Assembly (NCBI GenBank): GCA_013416795.1
Contig: RQSC01000024.1
Span: 241,483 to 305,482 of the forward strand
Direction of reading: 5' to 3'
DNA from: Prasinococcaceae sp. CCMP 1430
Taxonomy: Eukaryota; Plantae; Prasinodermophyta
Length of the DNA stretch: 64,000 bases
Every line of letters begins with the position of its first letter. Position 1 is the first letter of the stretch. The notes under the pieces are model-generated. The model ran no database searches and was not told the DNA's origin. It saw nothing but the letters and a program-made list of their open reading frames with translations. Below, piece after piece: positions 33,001 to 45,035 of the stretch. The position numbers were made by a program, and so were the translations under genes.

Positions 33001-35031
33001 GGGGTGGCAGGGCTCAGCAGCGGGGCAGGTGGCGCCGCCGAGCTCGCTGCGGTGCTCAATGTGGAATCAGCGCAGACGGCGGGCGCTCTCATCTCGTCGG
33101 CGTCGAATGGCACCACGGGCCCACACGCAGAAGCGACGGCAGCAGCCGATGTCGAAGCCAAGCTCGCAATCGGTGACCTTGCTGGTGCCCACAGCACTTG
33201 CATGGCTGCCGGCGGCGCGCTGTCGGCACTAGGCTTGCTTATCGCGCTCAGCGGGCGGCTTGGTCCAGACGTTCTGGGCCGCGCCGCCGCCGAGTACACC
33301 TCTGCGACGTTCACAGCAGGAACGCCACTGTCGAGTGCCGCGGCAGTGCTCGCGCGCAATGCCAGTGCCATCTTCACCTCCGCCGCTGCAGACAACGGCG
33401 CGGCGCTCCTGGGCACCTGGCGCCGACATCTCGCATCGATGGTGTGTGCGGGTGCAGAGCCTGTAGCTGTTGGCACGCTCGGAGACCGGCTGTGGGACGT
33501 CCGTGGCGATTTGGTGGGTGCGCACCTCTGCTATGTGCTGGCGGGCTCGACACCCGAAGCCTTTGCACCTGGTGCCCGCCTGTGCCTCGTGGGCGGCGAT
33601 CACAAGCGCTTCCCGCGCACATTCGCACGCGCTGAGACCGTGCTGGCCACCGAGTGCATCGAAGCCGCAGTCATGTCCGCTGCTGGGGCCGCAGGCTCGG
33701 GCGCCAGCGCGCACCCTGCCTCGATGGCACACTTCGCGCCGTACAAGGTGTACATGGCCTCCCTATTGGCAGAGCACGGCAAGGGCAAGGCGGCAGCTGC
33801 GTACGCCGCCGACGCGGCCAAGGCACTGCGCGCTCATTCACCGTCGCCTGACCGCCCGACGGCGGCGATGGTGGCAGCGATTGCCATGGAAGATCGCCTC
33901 AAGGGAGGCGCGGGTGGTTTTCTCGCGGGCATTGGCGGCAACGTCGGCGCTACAGCCAGCAAGATGTTCGGTGGTATTTTCCGCGCGCTCGACAAGGTCA
34001 TCGGCGACGCCGAGCCTGAAATGCAGCAGCAGCAGCAGCAGCAACACATGCAAATGCATCAGGGTGGAGGGGAGGCGAACGGACACGCGCACGCCACGCC
34101 ACCAAGGCACGCGAGGGGCGCAGGAATAGGCGGGCAAGCGCAAGCGCCCGTGGCGCCGGCGAATACGCCCGTCGCGCAGGGGAGCACGGGCGCAAATGGT
34201 ATGACAGGGGGCGAGTCTGATACATCCAAGAGCGAGAGCGTGGACGAGAACAAGACCCCGAATAAGGCTGAGGGTGCGGGAGTGATGGGGCGCATGCTCA
34301 GTGGGCTCTTCGGCGCATCCAAGTCCAAGCAAGCCAAGCTCGGTGCGGAGGAGAACAAATTTTTCTACGACGACAAATTGAAGATGTGGCGCGTGGAAGG
34401 CGAAGACATCCCCGACGAGTTCAAGCCACCGCCGCCGCCGCCGAAGACGAGCTTCCATTCTGATCTCAAGAAGGCCGACGGCGCTCAAGCGGTGGAACGT
34501 GGTATCGGCGGTGGCGCAGGCGCAGGCGCTGCTGGAGGTGGTGCTGGTGGAGGCGGCACTGGTGCCGCATCAGCGGGGGGGGAGGGCGACCCGCTGTGCG
34601 CCCCGCCGCCCCGGCGTGCAACTACACGCGCAGGCCGCCGCGCCAACGTGCGCTCGCGCTACGTCGACACGATGGGTGGGAGCGGTGCCTCTGCTAGCGC
34701 AAACGCTGGCGGGGGCTTCGCAACTCCGCCCACACCTGCAGCCTTCATGCCGGTCACACCCCCGGCGCCGAATGGGGGCGGCGGAGGCGGCGCCTCGCCC
34801 TCGCCCGCGGCTTTCATGGTGCCTGGCCCGGCGCCCGTGGCGCAGGCCGAGGCACCCACGGCTGAAACGAGTGCTGCTACCCCGCCGCCAATGGATGCCA
34901 TGGCAGCGTTCGTCGCCGAGCAGCAGGCCCAGGCCGCAGCTGCGCCCGTCTCCGCGCCTGCGGCGCCTGTGCCCGCGGAGCCGTCCAGCGGCGCGTTTGA
35001 CGACAGCGGCTTCGAGGACGTTTCGCTCTGA
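30082..35031 (+). CDS. SEC16: COPII scaffold Sec16 (MAG5-like) carrying four WW domains in its acidic N-terminal region
   Basis: RPPCPAVAFG, WRRHLASM, LGDRLW, AHLCYVLAG, LVGGDH...FA, PYKVYMASLLAEHG, KQAKLGAEENKFFYDDKLKMW, RSRYVD. WW repeats at about 31030-31125, 31303-31400, 31921-32016 and 32173-32270. Intronless. Confidence 0.88.
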   Translation: MAASGGGSDAASAGASASDATAAIDPSVSGLLTEVEAEAPARHRESGAEPGADGSEGYAAGAESEGVEAGGSSGNDGSTDADEWLAESTTPRSVTATLTEAEDFIASGPSGDISDPVDDADATAGDRGEDPIHSEHERGEAGVGVEADAGGTTGWDTDEVACADVPLKDDASAALDPAAEGCVASAATANGPMFEGGASSPEGQHQPPAAEAEPVIAVAAMAAGPMFGAPRTGSGDAFFGSLGGCADPSPSGRAAGASAVEAPAAAQVRAASTTAPIAFSSSTDDLAGTGSFDALFGGGATDPQYQQQQQQQEPGGGLPQDWIEQIDPSSGYPYYLNTATGESSWEVPSLPQTQQQSEMSAAQPISAGAQHGQTQVETTVAADEKAHQAQQQEASAPGADAAAGHHEGLPEGWIEQIDPSSGYPYFLNTITGESSWERPSSTPQLDAQSCPPVMSSELGAPDDGGASFFDKIGESTAASEPAPASPAPEPAPAPPAPTEESNGDDGSLFEGLPPPEEPSATLQCAPGADGQVALESAAEETPAVAAVEPSTETAAAEAHAVAGTQSAAQSSEADGTSAEDVTFAGADVDQEQSAEAGEETPAACAADSISGSDDLPDGWTAQTDPATGHTYYLNTTTGESSWERPAPAAGPVAATPDATATAATGHVDSLAYPHVGQHEQAHAQQEHASASHAETHGELPDGWVSAVDESSGYTYYTNTHTGESSWEPPVESPAPMVPAMPAAPAAPEAPAAPEAPAAPAAPAPFTPVKPAADATSAPSPVAFTPVMPSQQQAAAPVPFVSAMADDAQLQRYSAQQQQQPFAPTAWQPPGSSAGFGFPQTSSLQQQQQPRQLPPPPRTRDEALRCPAGRPPCPAVAFGSNGLMVVAGAGSGTISDCGIGSVDMYPLGPFLKDGGVDPDCEFLEHAAAVGPARGGSCNDKFAAVGQELAAHREQQDQASLWRFLGTYARRKGDMGVAGLSSGAGGAAELAAVLNVESAQTAGALISSASNGTTGPHAEATAAADVEAKLAIGDLAGAHSTCMAAGGALSALGLLIALSGRLGPDVLGRAAAEYTSATFTAGTPLSSAAAVLARNASAIFTSAAADNGAALLGTWRRHLASMVCAGAEPVAVGTLGDRLWDVRGDLVGAHLCYVLAGSTPEAFAPGARLCLVGGDHKRFPRTFARAETVLATECIEAAVMSAAGAAGSGASAHPASMAHFAPYKVYMASLLAEHGKGKAAAAYAADAAKALRAHSPSPDRPTAAMVAAIAMEDRLKGGAGGFLAGIGGNVGATASKMFGGIFRALDKVIGDAEPEMQQQQQQQHMQMHQGGGEANGHAHATPPRHARGAGIGGQAQAPVAPANTPVAQGSTGANGMTGGESDTSKSESVDENKTPNKAEGAGVMGRMLSGLFGASKSKQAKLGAEENKFFYDDKLKMWRVEGEDIPDEFKPPPPPPKTSFHSDLKKADGAQAVERGIGGGAGAGAAGGGAGGGGTGAASAGGEGDPLCAPPPRRATTRAGRRANVRSRYVDTMGGSGASASANAGGGFATPPTPAAFMPVTPPAPNGGGGGGASPSPAAFMVPGPAPVAQAEAPTAETSAATPPPMDAMAAFVAEQQAQAAAAPVSAPAAPVPAEPSSGAFDDSGFEDVSL

Positions 35032-35193
35032 GACACGCGCGCGCCCGACGCGCAGGTAATGACGCGGTTTCATGTTTCACGCGCGCACGCGCGCATGGAC
35101 ACCTCGACGAAAGGCTTCGTGGGCATACGTGTGAGACAGAAAGTCCTGAGAAGTAGATCAAACGTTGTTGCGATGCGGCGGTCGTTGACCTAC

Positions 35194-35930
35194 TCACGCG
35201 GCAGCCTCCACGCCCTTGATGATGCTCTTGAGACCCGCAAGACGAATCTTTGCCTCCTGGCGCGCCTTGACCATGTTGAGCATGTCCTCGAATTCCTCCC
35301 TGTTTTCGCCCGCGGTGCCCTCCTGGATGGCCTTGTTAATGTCAGCTTCCTGCGCCTCCATCATTTCAAGGAGTCCATCAACCGCCAGCATGGCCTCCTC
35401 GCTCGAGACTTGCTCGGTATCGAAAGCCGCCTGCAGGTTCTTCGCAATCTCCTCCTCGCCGCCGTTGGGGTCGATCTGCAGCAGCTGGTCAATGAGCTGC
35501 ATCGCCGGAGGCATTTGCATCTGACCCAGCGTGGCAACCAACAGCTGGCCAACCTGCTGAAGGCTCTGCGCGATTCGTGGGTCCTCACCCTCGCGACCCA
35601 TCGCCTGCGTGTGCACCTGATGAAGCGCAGCGAGCGTCTTCTCGCTGAGCTTGCCCTCGACGGCAGCTGCGCGGACCTTGCCCTGGAGCGTCTCCCAGTC
35701 CTGCGACTCGAGGATATCGTTGAGCAAGCGGAAGTCTGCCTCGCCTGGGGTTGGCAGCCCTGCCGCCGACGCCTCCGCCTGGGCGCTCACCACACCCGCC
35801 GCCTCGGGCGACAGCTGCGGCGTGGACTCGTCGGCGTCCGGGCCGGCAAACTCCTCCACGGCGCGCGCGCGCGCGCGCCGCGGGCTGCCACACGGGGGGA
35901 AGGGAGCCGCGGCGGGCAGGCGCCGATGGC
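35194..35930 (-). CDS. Probable chloroplast helical protein, weakly PRDA1-family-like; start codon not identified
   Basis: Genic codon usage. LNDILES...KVRAAAVEGKL...PPAMQLIDQLLQIDP resembles remembered PRDA1-family segments. No in-frame ATG before the poly-A tract at 35999. Confidence 0.55.
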
Positions 35931-35995
35931 GCCGCGAGTGGCCGCCGCCCGGCGGACGGCCAGAAGACCCTCCCACACCGGAACAGAAGAAGCCC

Positions 35996-36041
<46 letters not shown>

Positions 36042-36121
36042 CGTGCTCACACTGCGGGCTGCGTTCAGTTCTGCCTGCGAGAGGAAAAGAAAAAGAAAAA
36101 AATGCACGGCGAAACTTTGGG

Positions 36122-36181
36122 TTAGGGTTGAATTTAGGGTAATAATTAGGGTTTATATACGATGCTTGGGCCGAACCCTAA
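36122..36181. promoter_or_regulatory. Cluster of telomere-like (telo-box-like) motifs plus one TGGGCC site II-like element between divergent genes
   Basis: TTAGGG at 36122, 36134 and 36146; AACCCTAA at 36174; TGGGCC at 36167. About 240 bp upstream of the CDC5 ATG. Confidence 0.5.
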
Positions 36182-36413
36182 CTTCCACGGCGGAAATTTG
36201 GGCGCGTGTCGCGGCGGCATTTCAGATGTGTGTGAATGTGTTTGGGAGCACAATTCGGAGTGCCGCGGTTGCGGGCGTCTGTCGCGTGGCGGCTGCGGGC
36301 GTGTGCGGACCACACCGCGCGCCGCGCGGTGTGCCCCTCCCCCCCCACACACACACCACACACACCTTCCTGACCTTGACCCCAGCGTCGCGCCCTCCCC
36401 CCCACCGGGCGCC

Positions 36414-39424
<3,011 letters not shown>

Positions 39425-39499
39425 ACCACACACGCAACAAGGCAGCGCAAAGGACGAGCTGTCTCGCCCATGTGATGTAAGAAAATGTATAGTACATTG

Positions 39500-42400
39500 T
39501 CAATGGAGCCCCTTCTCTAGCTCTTCGAGCCGCCGCCTGAGCGCGGCATTCTCCTCGCGCAGCGCCGCGACATCACCGCTGTCGGGCGCAGCCACGGAGG
39601 CCCTCTTTTGGGCAGGCTGAGCATGGGCGGGCTCATCAGAGCCGCCATCGCAGGGGCGCGCGCGCTTGCGCTCGCCATCTCTCAAACCGTCGCCAGGCCT
39701 GGCCCTCTCGGTCCCGTTACTATCGGTCACCTCCAGTCGCACCAGTCCGGGCAGTTCGTCAGTACCAGGCACCTCGCCCAGGGCAGCCGCATGTACGATG
39801 CTCTCCAAGCTGCCAAGGAGCGTCCTGACGGGGATCGGCTTCGCGCACAAGAAGTCTACGCCCTTGCGCGCGTACGTGCGTGCGTCGTCGGGCATTGAGT
39901 TGGCCGTCACGAGCACAACCGGCAGACGGCGAGGGGGGTCAAAACTGCTGACGTTGAGTACTTCTTGGTGTGCCCGAGCCTCCGCCTCGACTGCCCGCAG
40001 CTTCTGCGTCACGTCTGTGCCGTACAGCCCGGGCATGACCTCGTCCAGCAAGGCGATGTCGAATGATGACGTGCGAAGCAGCTTCAGAGCGTCTTTGCCG
40101 TTCATGGCGGTCTCTATGTGTGGCGAAGGACTTCCCTGACTCTTGGCCGCCTTGCGCAATGCCATCTGCAGAATTCGCACGTTGGTGTGTTCGTCGTCGC
40201 AGATTAGCACGCGCAAGGCTTCCTTTGGCACTGCGCCGGCCTTCCCGCTCGCAGCACCATCCGTCGACTGTTCACCGCGCGCGGGCGCAATGACGTTCGC
40301 CGGCGCGGAGGCTCCCTCAGGTGTGCTCAATTCCGGTGGTGCGCGCGCCGAGGCCGACGGCGCCTGCGCGCGCGCACTTGCGCCACTGACGATTGACTTC
40401 GCGGTGCTTTCGCTGGCCGCTGCGCGCGCATTTGCAGTGCCGTCGCCGCCGCGAATTGTGTGCACGGCCGACTCCATGCGGCACTCGGAGGGCACGCCTG
40501 TTGCCATGAACTCAAACAGACCGCGCGGAATTGGCGATGAGGGCCTCTCAGAGCGGACAAGTGCATCGCCACGAGCGCTAGGGGCAATCCTGAAGGGAAC
40601 GGTGCACGTGAAGATCGAGCCCGCGCCCAGCACGCTCTCGACGGAGATATCGCCACCCAAGCAGCGCGCGATCGTGCGCGCGTAGTACAAGCCTAGGCCA
40701 GTCGACCCAAACTTGGAAACGTTGCTCGAGGCAAGTTCGAAACGCTTGAAGAGCTTCTCACAGTCCTCAGGAGCAATGCCCACGCCAGTGTCGACCACGG
40801 CAATTGACACGAGCACGCGGCTGCCACCACCATCACGGCTATTCGAATCGTTGCTCCCTCCAGCGATGTCCAAGCCTTGCGTGTCTGCAAGGCTCAGATC
40901 TCCAAACGCAGGCCCTGCGACTTGGCCCTGGCCACGGTCACCAGAGGCACCGCCGCTGCGGTGCCGAGCGCTGGGCGTCCCAGCCGGCGCGTCGTGAGGC
41001 AGCGTCGCTCGCGTGCACTCGGCATGGAGTTCAATTTGCCCCGCCGGCGTGTACTTCACGGCATTCCACACTATGTTCGAGATCATCTGCGTCAGGCGGA
41101 CGTTGTCGCCCACAACGTGGCGAAGTCCGCGCAGCCCCCCCACGTCAAGACCCAGCCGTAGGCCCTTGGCGCTTGCTGCGGGGCGCACTCCCTGGAGGCA
41201 GTCCGAAATTGCAGCTTGCAGGTCGAAGGCCTGCGAGTTCAGCTTGAACTTGCCTTGCTCTATGGCCGTCGCGTCCAACACGTCGTCCACCACACGCCGC
41301 AGTTGCCTAGTGCAGGACTCAGTTGTCTGCAAAAGCTCGCCCATCTCTTCGCCGAGCATCGAGGAGCCCGAACGCATGAACTCGGTGGCGGCCACGATTC
41401 CGTTGAGAGGGTTGCGGATCTCGTGGCAGAGGAAGGAGATGGTGTTGGACTTTGCGCGTACTGCGGCCTCGGCAGCCATGCGCACCGCCTCTGCCTTCTC
41501 AAGAGCGCGTAGCATCGACTGGTCCTGCAGGTAGATGAGGCAACCGCCCTCACCTGGAGCGCCATCTCTCTCGGCGGCGGGGCGCACGCTCAGAACACAC
41601 TCCAGCGCGCGCCCGCGGCACATCACGGTGGTCCGCACGTCGGCTTCAGCGAGCGCGCCCGAGGCAGCCTGCGAGCTTCCTTCTGCGCGCGTGGCACGAA
41701 TGAGCGCTAGCTCCAGAGGGAAGAGCTGCTTGGTAGCCACCTGCATGCAACTTGCACCGCCCGCGCCTGTCCCTATCACCTCCTCAAGGAAAAGCTTGCC
41801 CACAACCTCGCGTGATGCTATCCCGCCTGTGACGACCTCCATCGCGTGATTCCAGAGAGTCACGCGCAGGTTGCGATCCAGGCAGAGGACTGGCGACTGC
41901 ATGTTTTCGAGGAATCCAGGCTGCTCAGTCGAGGCAATGGCCGCGGAAATCTCCTTGGCGAGGACGACTGCGCTCGCTTGAGCGGGGGTGTTGCGCGCGG
42001 AGCGCACACCGGCAGGCGCTGCCACTACATCGCCGATGAGGCGCAGAATGCAACTTTCGCCAGATGCGGTCGTGCCCATGATGGCGAAGGCAACCCCGTG
42101 CGCCTCAGCGGTACCAACTCCCTCACCGTCGGATGCACTGTCGAGCGTGCTGCTCAGCGCTGCAGCCAGGGGTGACGCTGGTCCACCCTCCAGGCACGAG
42201 ACCAGGGGCGTCCCGATGACTGCGTCAGCGTATAACCCTGTGCTCTGCTGTAGCCACCGATTCCACGTGCAGATCTCGCCGTTCGCGCTGACAGTCATGC
42301 ATGCCATCGGGGCTCGATCGATGAGAAGGGAAAGCTCCGCTGCGACTTTCTCCAGCTCGCCCATGTCGCTCAATCTCGAGCGGTTGAGCACCGAAGCAAT

Positions 42401-44587
42401 GCCTGCGCGCAGCAACGATCCTGTGGCCGCTTCGACTGCGTCACGCAAGACGGCCACTAGCGCACCCGCACCACGCGCGGCAATACGGGGCCAAAGCTCG
42501 CATGTGCCGCGCAGCTGCTCCAGCACGACTGCAAAAGATGAGCGCGGTCCAAGGCGAGGTGCGCCCTTTACATCATCGTCACCAGCGCCATCGTCGTGAT
42601 CGATGACAACAACGTCCCTGCTATCCCCACGTGCTCCGGCCCACTTGATGTCCTGCAGCAGTTCTGCTCGCGTCCAGATGATCATGCCACCAATGGCGCG
42701 GCGCCCCTTTGGGCTGCCGACGGCACTGCCGCCACTCTCTGCGATTTCAGGATCAGAGCAGGCTCCTTCTTCAAGAGCGCTCGCTCCATTGTGCCCGTCG
42801 GTGCCTGTCACGCCCGCGGGTAGTTCGATGGCAACCACGCCAGCGATGCCTCCGGCGACCGCCTGTGCGGCGGCCAGAGCGGCGTAGCCCGCGACCTCAA
42901 GCGAGTCGCACACAAACACGCCCGGGTGCTGCGCGTCCTCGTGAAGCTTGCCCGAAGACTTAATCCAGCGAGCCACGCGCGCAGCCTCGATGCGCCCGGA
43001 TTCCGCTGCGCCCTCGCATGCAATGACAGTGCAACTGCTGTCGAGCACGAAGACCCCATCGGCGTCAAAGGGAACAGCCTCACGCAGTGTGTGTAGGGAC
43101 CCTGACAGCACTTCGGTTGCTTTCTGCCTCGGATTGTCCGCGATGATGAGCTCCACCAACCGCGAGTTGGCGCGCGCGTTGCGGTCAGCTGTGGACAGCC
43201 GGGCGATCTCGAGCTCGTGCTCCAGGCGCTGTGTGAAGATCTGTGCAATCATCGACAGACAAACGCGCGTGTGCAGGGGCACGAAGCGCGGCGAGATGTT
43301 GTGGCAAACCACCATTCCCCACATGCGCAGCGCGGGCTTGCCACCGCCAGCGCTCGACGAGCCGCCGATGTCTTCGTGTGCGTCATCGGCCGAGTCCGCC
43401 GCAGCGGCGGCAATGATGAGTGGAACGACAAGAGTGCCACGCACACCCATGTTGTTGAGATATTCTTTGTGACACCCGATCGTCCCGCGGATCTGTGAGC
43501 CGGCCAAAAGGGCCTGCCGGCAACCAAATGCTGAGGCGAGGTCGCCCTCCGCGCACTGCAGCACAGGCGATGGCGTGTCGTTGACGTCCGCCAGCAACCG
43601 CGGCGCTGGGTGCTTGGTCAAGAGCCTCCGATTGACCTGGGGAAGGTCGGTCGCCGGCCAATGCAGGTGCAGGAAGGACGGGACTGACTCGGCGCGGCGT
43701 GCTTCGGCGCACACCTCGCCGTGCATGTCCGCGTGCAGGCGGTACACCATGCAGCGGTCGAAGCCAGATATCTCCCGCACCTCGCAAGCGAGCGCCTCGC
43801 AGAGCGTGGCCTCGCCGCGCAGGGCGCGCAGCCGCATCGCCGCGCCCGCCGCCGCGCGGTGACATTGCGACACGCCCGGTGGTAGGTCGCGCACGTCATC
43901 TGCTGAACTGTCTGAGTCAGAGTCAGAGTCGGAGCCACAGCCACCAAATGTAGCGCCGACAGCCGCACCGGTATGACTCCCGTCAGCGTTTGCTTCGCAC
44001 CCGGGGAGCGGGGCCAACGGGCTCGTATGTGTCGATTCAAGGTCTATCACAACTCCTTCCTCAGTCACGTGTACAGCAGCAGCGAGCGCTCCACCGTGCT
44101 CCTTCGACCGCCGCCGCGCGTCGGCCTCGCGTGGCGCGATAGCGATCGGCGTGCGTGCTTCAGGCGCTCCCGATGCCGCAGCGGCGCAGATTTTGCGCAA
44201 CGAGCGCGACGTCAGGGCGCGGGACGCTGGCGCTCCGAGCAGCTCGGACGCGCCCACGCCGAGCATCGGCGCGCACGTCTCCGACGCTGCGATGACGCGT
44301 GGCGCAGGCGGGCGTGCCGTAGGCCCCGCACGGCCGCCGCTCTGGCCCTTGCCGCCCTTAGGCGCGGCTGCCAGCGTGTGAGCGCCAAATGCGAGCGCGT
44401 GCGCCCGCTCGAGGATGAGCACGGCGCCATGTCCTTGGACGACGCCAGGACGATAAATTCGCTCCGTCACCTTCTCCACAAGCCGCGCACGCTCGGCCGC
44501 GTCGGCGCCGTCCGCGGCGCGCGCGGCAATCACATCCGCGTCGGCCGCGTCGAGCTCGTCGGCTGTGCGCACCGCGGCGCGCGCCAT
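39500..44587 (-). CDS. PHY: Phytochrome, PAS-GAF-PHY-PAS-PAS-histidine kinase-REC (about 1695 aa, intronless)
   Basis: PAS IYRPGVVQGHG; GAF FDRCMVY, HWPATDLPQ, GCHKEYLNNMGV (bilin Cys codon 43472-43474), WGMVVCH; PHY WAG...PRSSF; H-box FLCHEIRNPLNGI; N-box NAVKYT; G1 DTGVGI; G2 GLGLY; REC LICDD..LLDEVMP..VTA..KP. Confidence 0.95.
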   Translation of the reverse strand: MARAAVRTADELDAADADVIAARAADGADAAERARLVEKVTERIYRPGVVQGHGAVLILERAHALAFGAHTLAAAPKGGKGQSGGRAGPTARPPAPRVIAASETCAPMLGVGASELLGAPASRALTSRSLRKICAAAASGAPEARTPIAIAPREADARRRSKEHGGALAAAVHVTEEGVVIDLESTHTSPLAPLPGCEANADGSHTGAAVGATFGGCGSDSDSDSDSSADDVRDLPPGVSQCHRAAAGAAMRLRALRGEATLCEALACEVREISGFDRCMVYRLHADMHGEVCAEARRAESVPSFLHLHWPATDLPQVNRRLLTKHPAPRLLADVNDTPSPVLQCAEGDLASAFGCRQALLAGSQIRGTIGCHKEYLNNMGVRGTLVVPLIIAAAAADSADDAHEDIGGSSSAGGGKPALRMWGMVVCHNISPRFVPLHTRVCLSMIAQIFTQRLEHELEIARLSTADRNARANSRLVELIIADNPRQKATEVLSGSLHTLREAVPFDADGVFVLDSSCTVIACEGAAESGRIEAARVARWIKSSGKLHEDAQHPGVFVCDSLEVAGYAALAAAQAVAGGIAGVVAIELPAGVTGTDGHNGASALEEGACSDPEIAESGGSAVGSPKGRRAIGGMIIWTRAELLQDIKWAGARGDSRDVVVIDHDDGAGDDDVKGAPRLGPRSSFAVVLEQLRGTCELWPRIAARGAGALVAVLRDAVEAATGSLLRAGIASVLNRSRLSDMGELEKVAAELSLLIDRAPMACMTVSANGEICTWNRWLQQSTGLYADAVIGTPLVSCLEGGPASPLAAALSSTLDSASDGEGVGTAEAHGVAFAIMGTTASGESCILRLIGDVVAAPAGVRSARNTPAQASAVVLAKEISAAIASTEQPGFLENMQSPVLCLDRNLRVTLWNHAMEVVTGGIASREVVGKLFLEEVIGTGAGGASCMQVATKQLFPLELALIRATRAEGSSQAASGALAEADVRTTVMCRGRALECVLSVRPAAERDGAPGEGGCLIYLQDQSMLRALEKAEAVRMAAEAAVRAKSNTISFLCHEIRNPLNGIVAATEFMRSGSSMLGEEMGELLQTTESCTRQLRRVVDDVLDATAIEQGKFKLNSQAFDLQAAISDCLQGVRPAASAKGLRLGLDVGGLRGLRHVVGDNVRLTQMISNIVWNAVKYTPAGQIELHAECTRATLPHDAPAGTPSARHRSGGASGDRGQGQVAGPAFGDLSLADTQGLDIAGGSNDSNSRDGGGSRVLVSIAVVDTGVGIAPEDCEKLFKRFELASSNVSKFGSTGLGLYYARTIARCLGGDISVESVLGAGSIFTCTVPFRIAPSARGDALVRSERPSSPIPRGLFEFMATGVPSECRMESAVHTIRGGDGTANARAAASESTAKSIVSGASARAQAPSASARAPPELSTPEGASAPANVIAPARGEQSTDGAASGKAGAVPKEALRVLICDDEHTNVRILQMALRKAAKSQGSPSPHIETAMNGKDALKLLRTSSFDIALLDEVMPGLYGTDVTQKLRAVEAEARAHQEVLNVSSFDPPRRLPVVLVTANSMPDDARTYARKGVDFLCAKPIPVRTLLGSLESIVHAAALGEVPGTDELPGLVRLEVTDSNGTERARPGDGLRDGERKRARPCDGGSDEPAHAQPAQKRASVAAPDSGDVAALREENAALRRRLEELEKGLH

Positions 44588-44739
44588 CCCCCGGCCCCCC
44601 GCCGACTGCCACGCAGCGCCGCCGCCGCCGCGCGGATAAATATGCCCTTCGCGCTCGCGCGCGCGTGGCGCATAAAAAACGCCAAAAAGTGACTCCGCGC
44701 AATCCACGTTGGACCGAAAAAGCACACAGCATACCTTGG

Positions 44740-44755
44740 TACCATCCGGATGGTA
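44740..44755. promoter_or_regulatory. Perfect 16-bp palindrome TACCATCCGGATGGTA about 150 bp upstream of the phytochrome ATG
   Basis: Checked base by base. The same half-sites recur at 56705-56911. Function is inferred. Confidence 0.55.
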
Positions 44756-45035
44756 AAGGAGACCACCGCCCTCGCCTCGTTACAACCCCCATCCGAAATT
44801 CCCGCCGTGGTTTTCCGCGGTGGGCGTCAAACGCAATTCGAAACGCGCCCCCAGCGGCGCGCGTATCTCACGCAACGCGTCGTCGAAATTGGTAAACCGC
44901 CGTGGTACGTACTACGTAACGTACGGTGCACTCTAGATTTTTAGATTTTTTAGATTTTTAGATTTTTGGCGGTGGGCGCCCGCGCACTGTCCGCGCTCGC
45001 CGCCATGCACGCGCTCGCGAGTTGGCTGCCAGGTG

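Noticed and set aside
39500-40300. Possible phytochrome-cryptochrome (dualchrome-type) fusion
   Set aside because: The C-terminus ends in a receiver domain and a short tail; no photolyase/cryptochrome motifs are visible in or after the ORF.
44934-44967. (TAGATTTTT)n short repeat as telomeric or terminator DNA
   Set aside because: Not the TTTAGGG-type repeat; only about four degenerate units.
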